Shown one piece after another: positions 62,911 to 63,256 of a DNA stretch of 63,256 bases; position 1 is the first letter of the stretch; each line of letters starts with the position of its first letter. The notes below the pieces were generated by a model. It was not told the origin of the DNA, searched no databases, and saw nothing but the letters and a program-made list of their open reading frames with translations. Both the position numbers and the translations under genes were made by a program. The stretch comes from Octopus bimaculoides (taxonomy: Eukaryota), in contig NC_068995.1 of NCBI RefSeq assembly GCF_001194135.2, positions 12,455,609-12,518,864 of the forward strand, given 5' to 3'.

Positions 62911-63212
62911 TTTTGTTTGGTGTTGTATGTGTGAGTGGTGATGTTTTAATTTTCTGCTTTCATCTGTATGTATGGGTGTGTACATGGATGGATGTGTCGA
63001 TGTGTATGTATGTATGCATGTATGTATGTATGTATGTATGTATGTATGTATGTATGTGTGTATATTCATATGTGCCTATACGTTTGTATGTGTATATAGA
63101 GGTGTATACTTGTATGTGTGTGTGTATGCGCAGGTGTGTATATATGTTTATGTATGTCTGTAAACGTGTGTCTGTGTCTGTGTGCGTGTGTGTGTGGGTG
63201 TACGTGTGTATG

Positions 63213-63243
<31 letters not shown>

Positions 63244-63256
63244 TTGTGTGGTGTGT

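Overview
This is a 63 kb window of AT-rich, repeat-dominated animal genomic DNA from a draft assembly. It has 19 N-gaps totalling about 8.3 kb, most of them flanked by microsatellites. The SINE families match ones I recall from Octopus genomes; that taxon call is recognition from memory, not a database result. I could not identify any protein-coding gene. Nearly every ORF in the supplied track is an artefact of N-runs, microsatellites or SINE sequence, and only a few short splice-site-bounded exon candidates remain, at low confidence. The window contains more than 25 SINE copies or fragments from about five families (family letters are my own labels; four copies have clear target-site duplications and one insertion is nested), a 127-bp TA-flanked MITE, minisatellites of 13, 33 and about 95 bp, and decayed Penelope-like retroelement (PLE) sequence (a GIY-YIG domain and a C-terminal Cys motif). 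The most notable signal is six type I hammerhead-ribozyme-like motifs from five unrelated repeat families (5227, 18622, 29374, 33072, 40063, 55780). All six have the short self-complementary stem III described for dimer-dependent PLE hammerheads, and one lies directly downstream of a PLE C-terminal relic.
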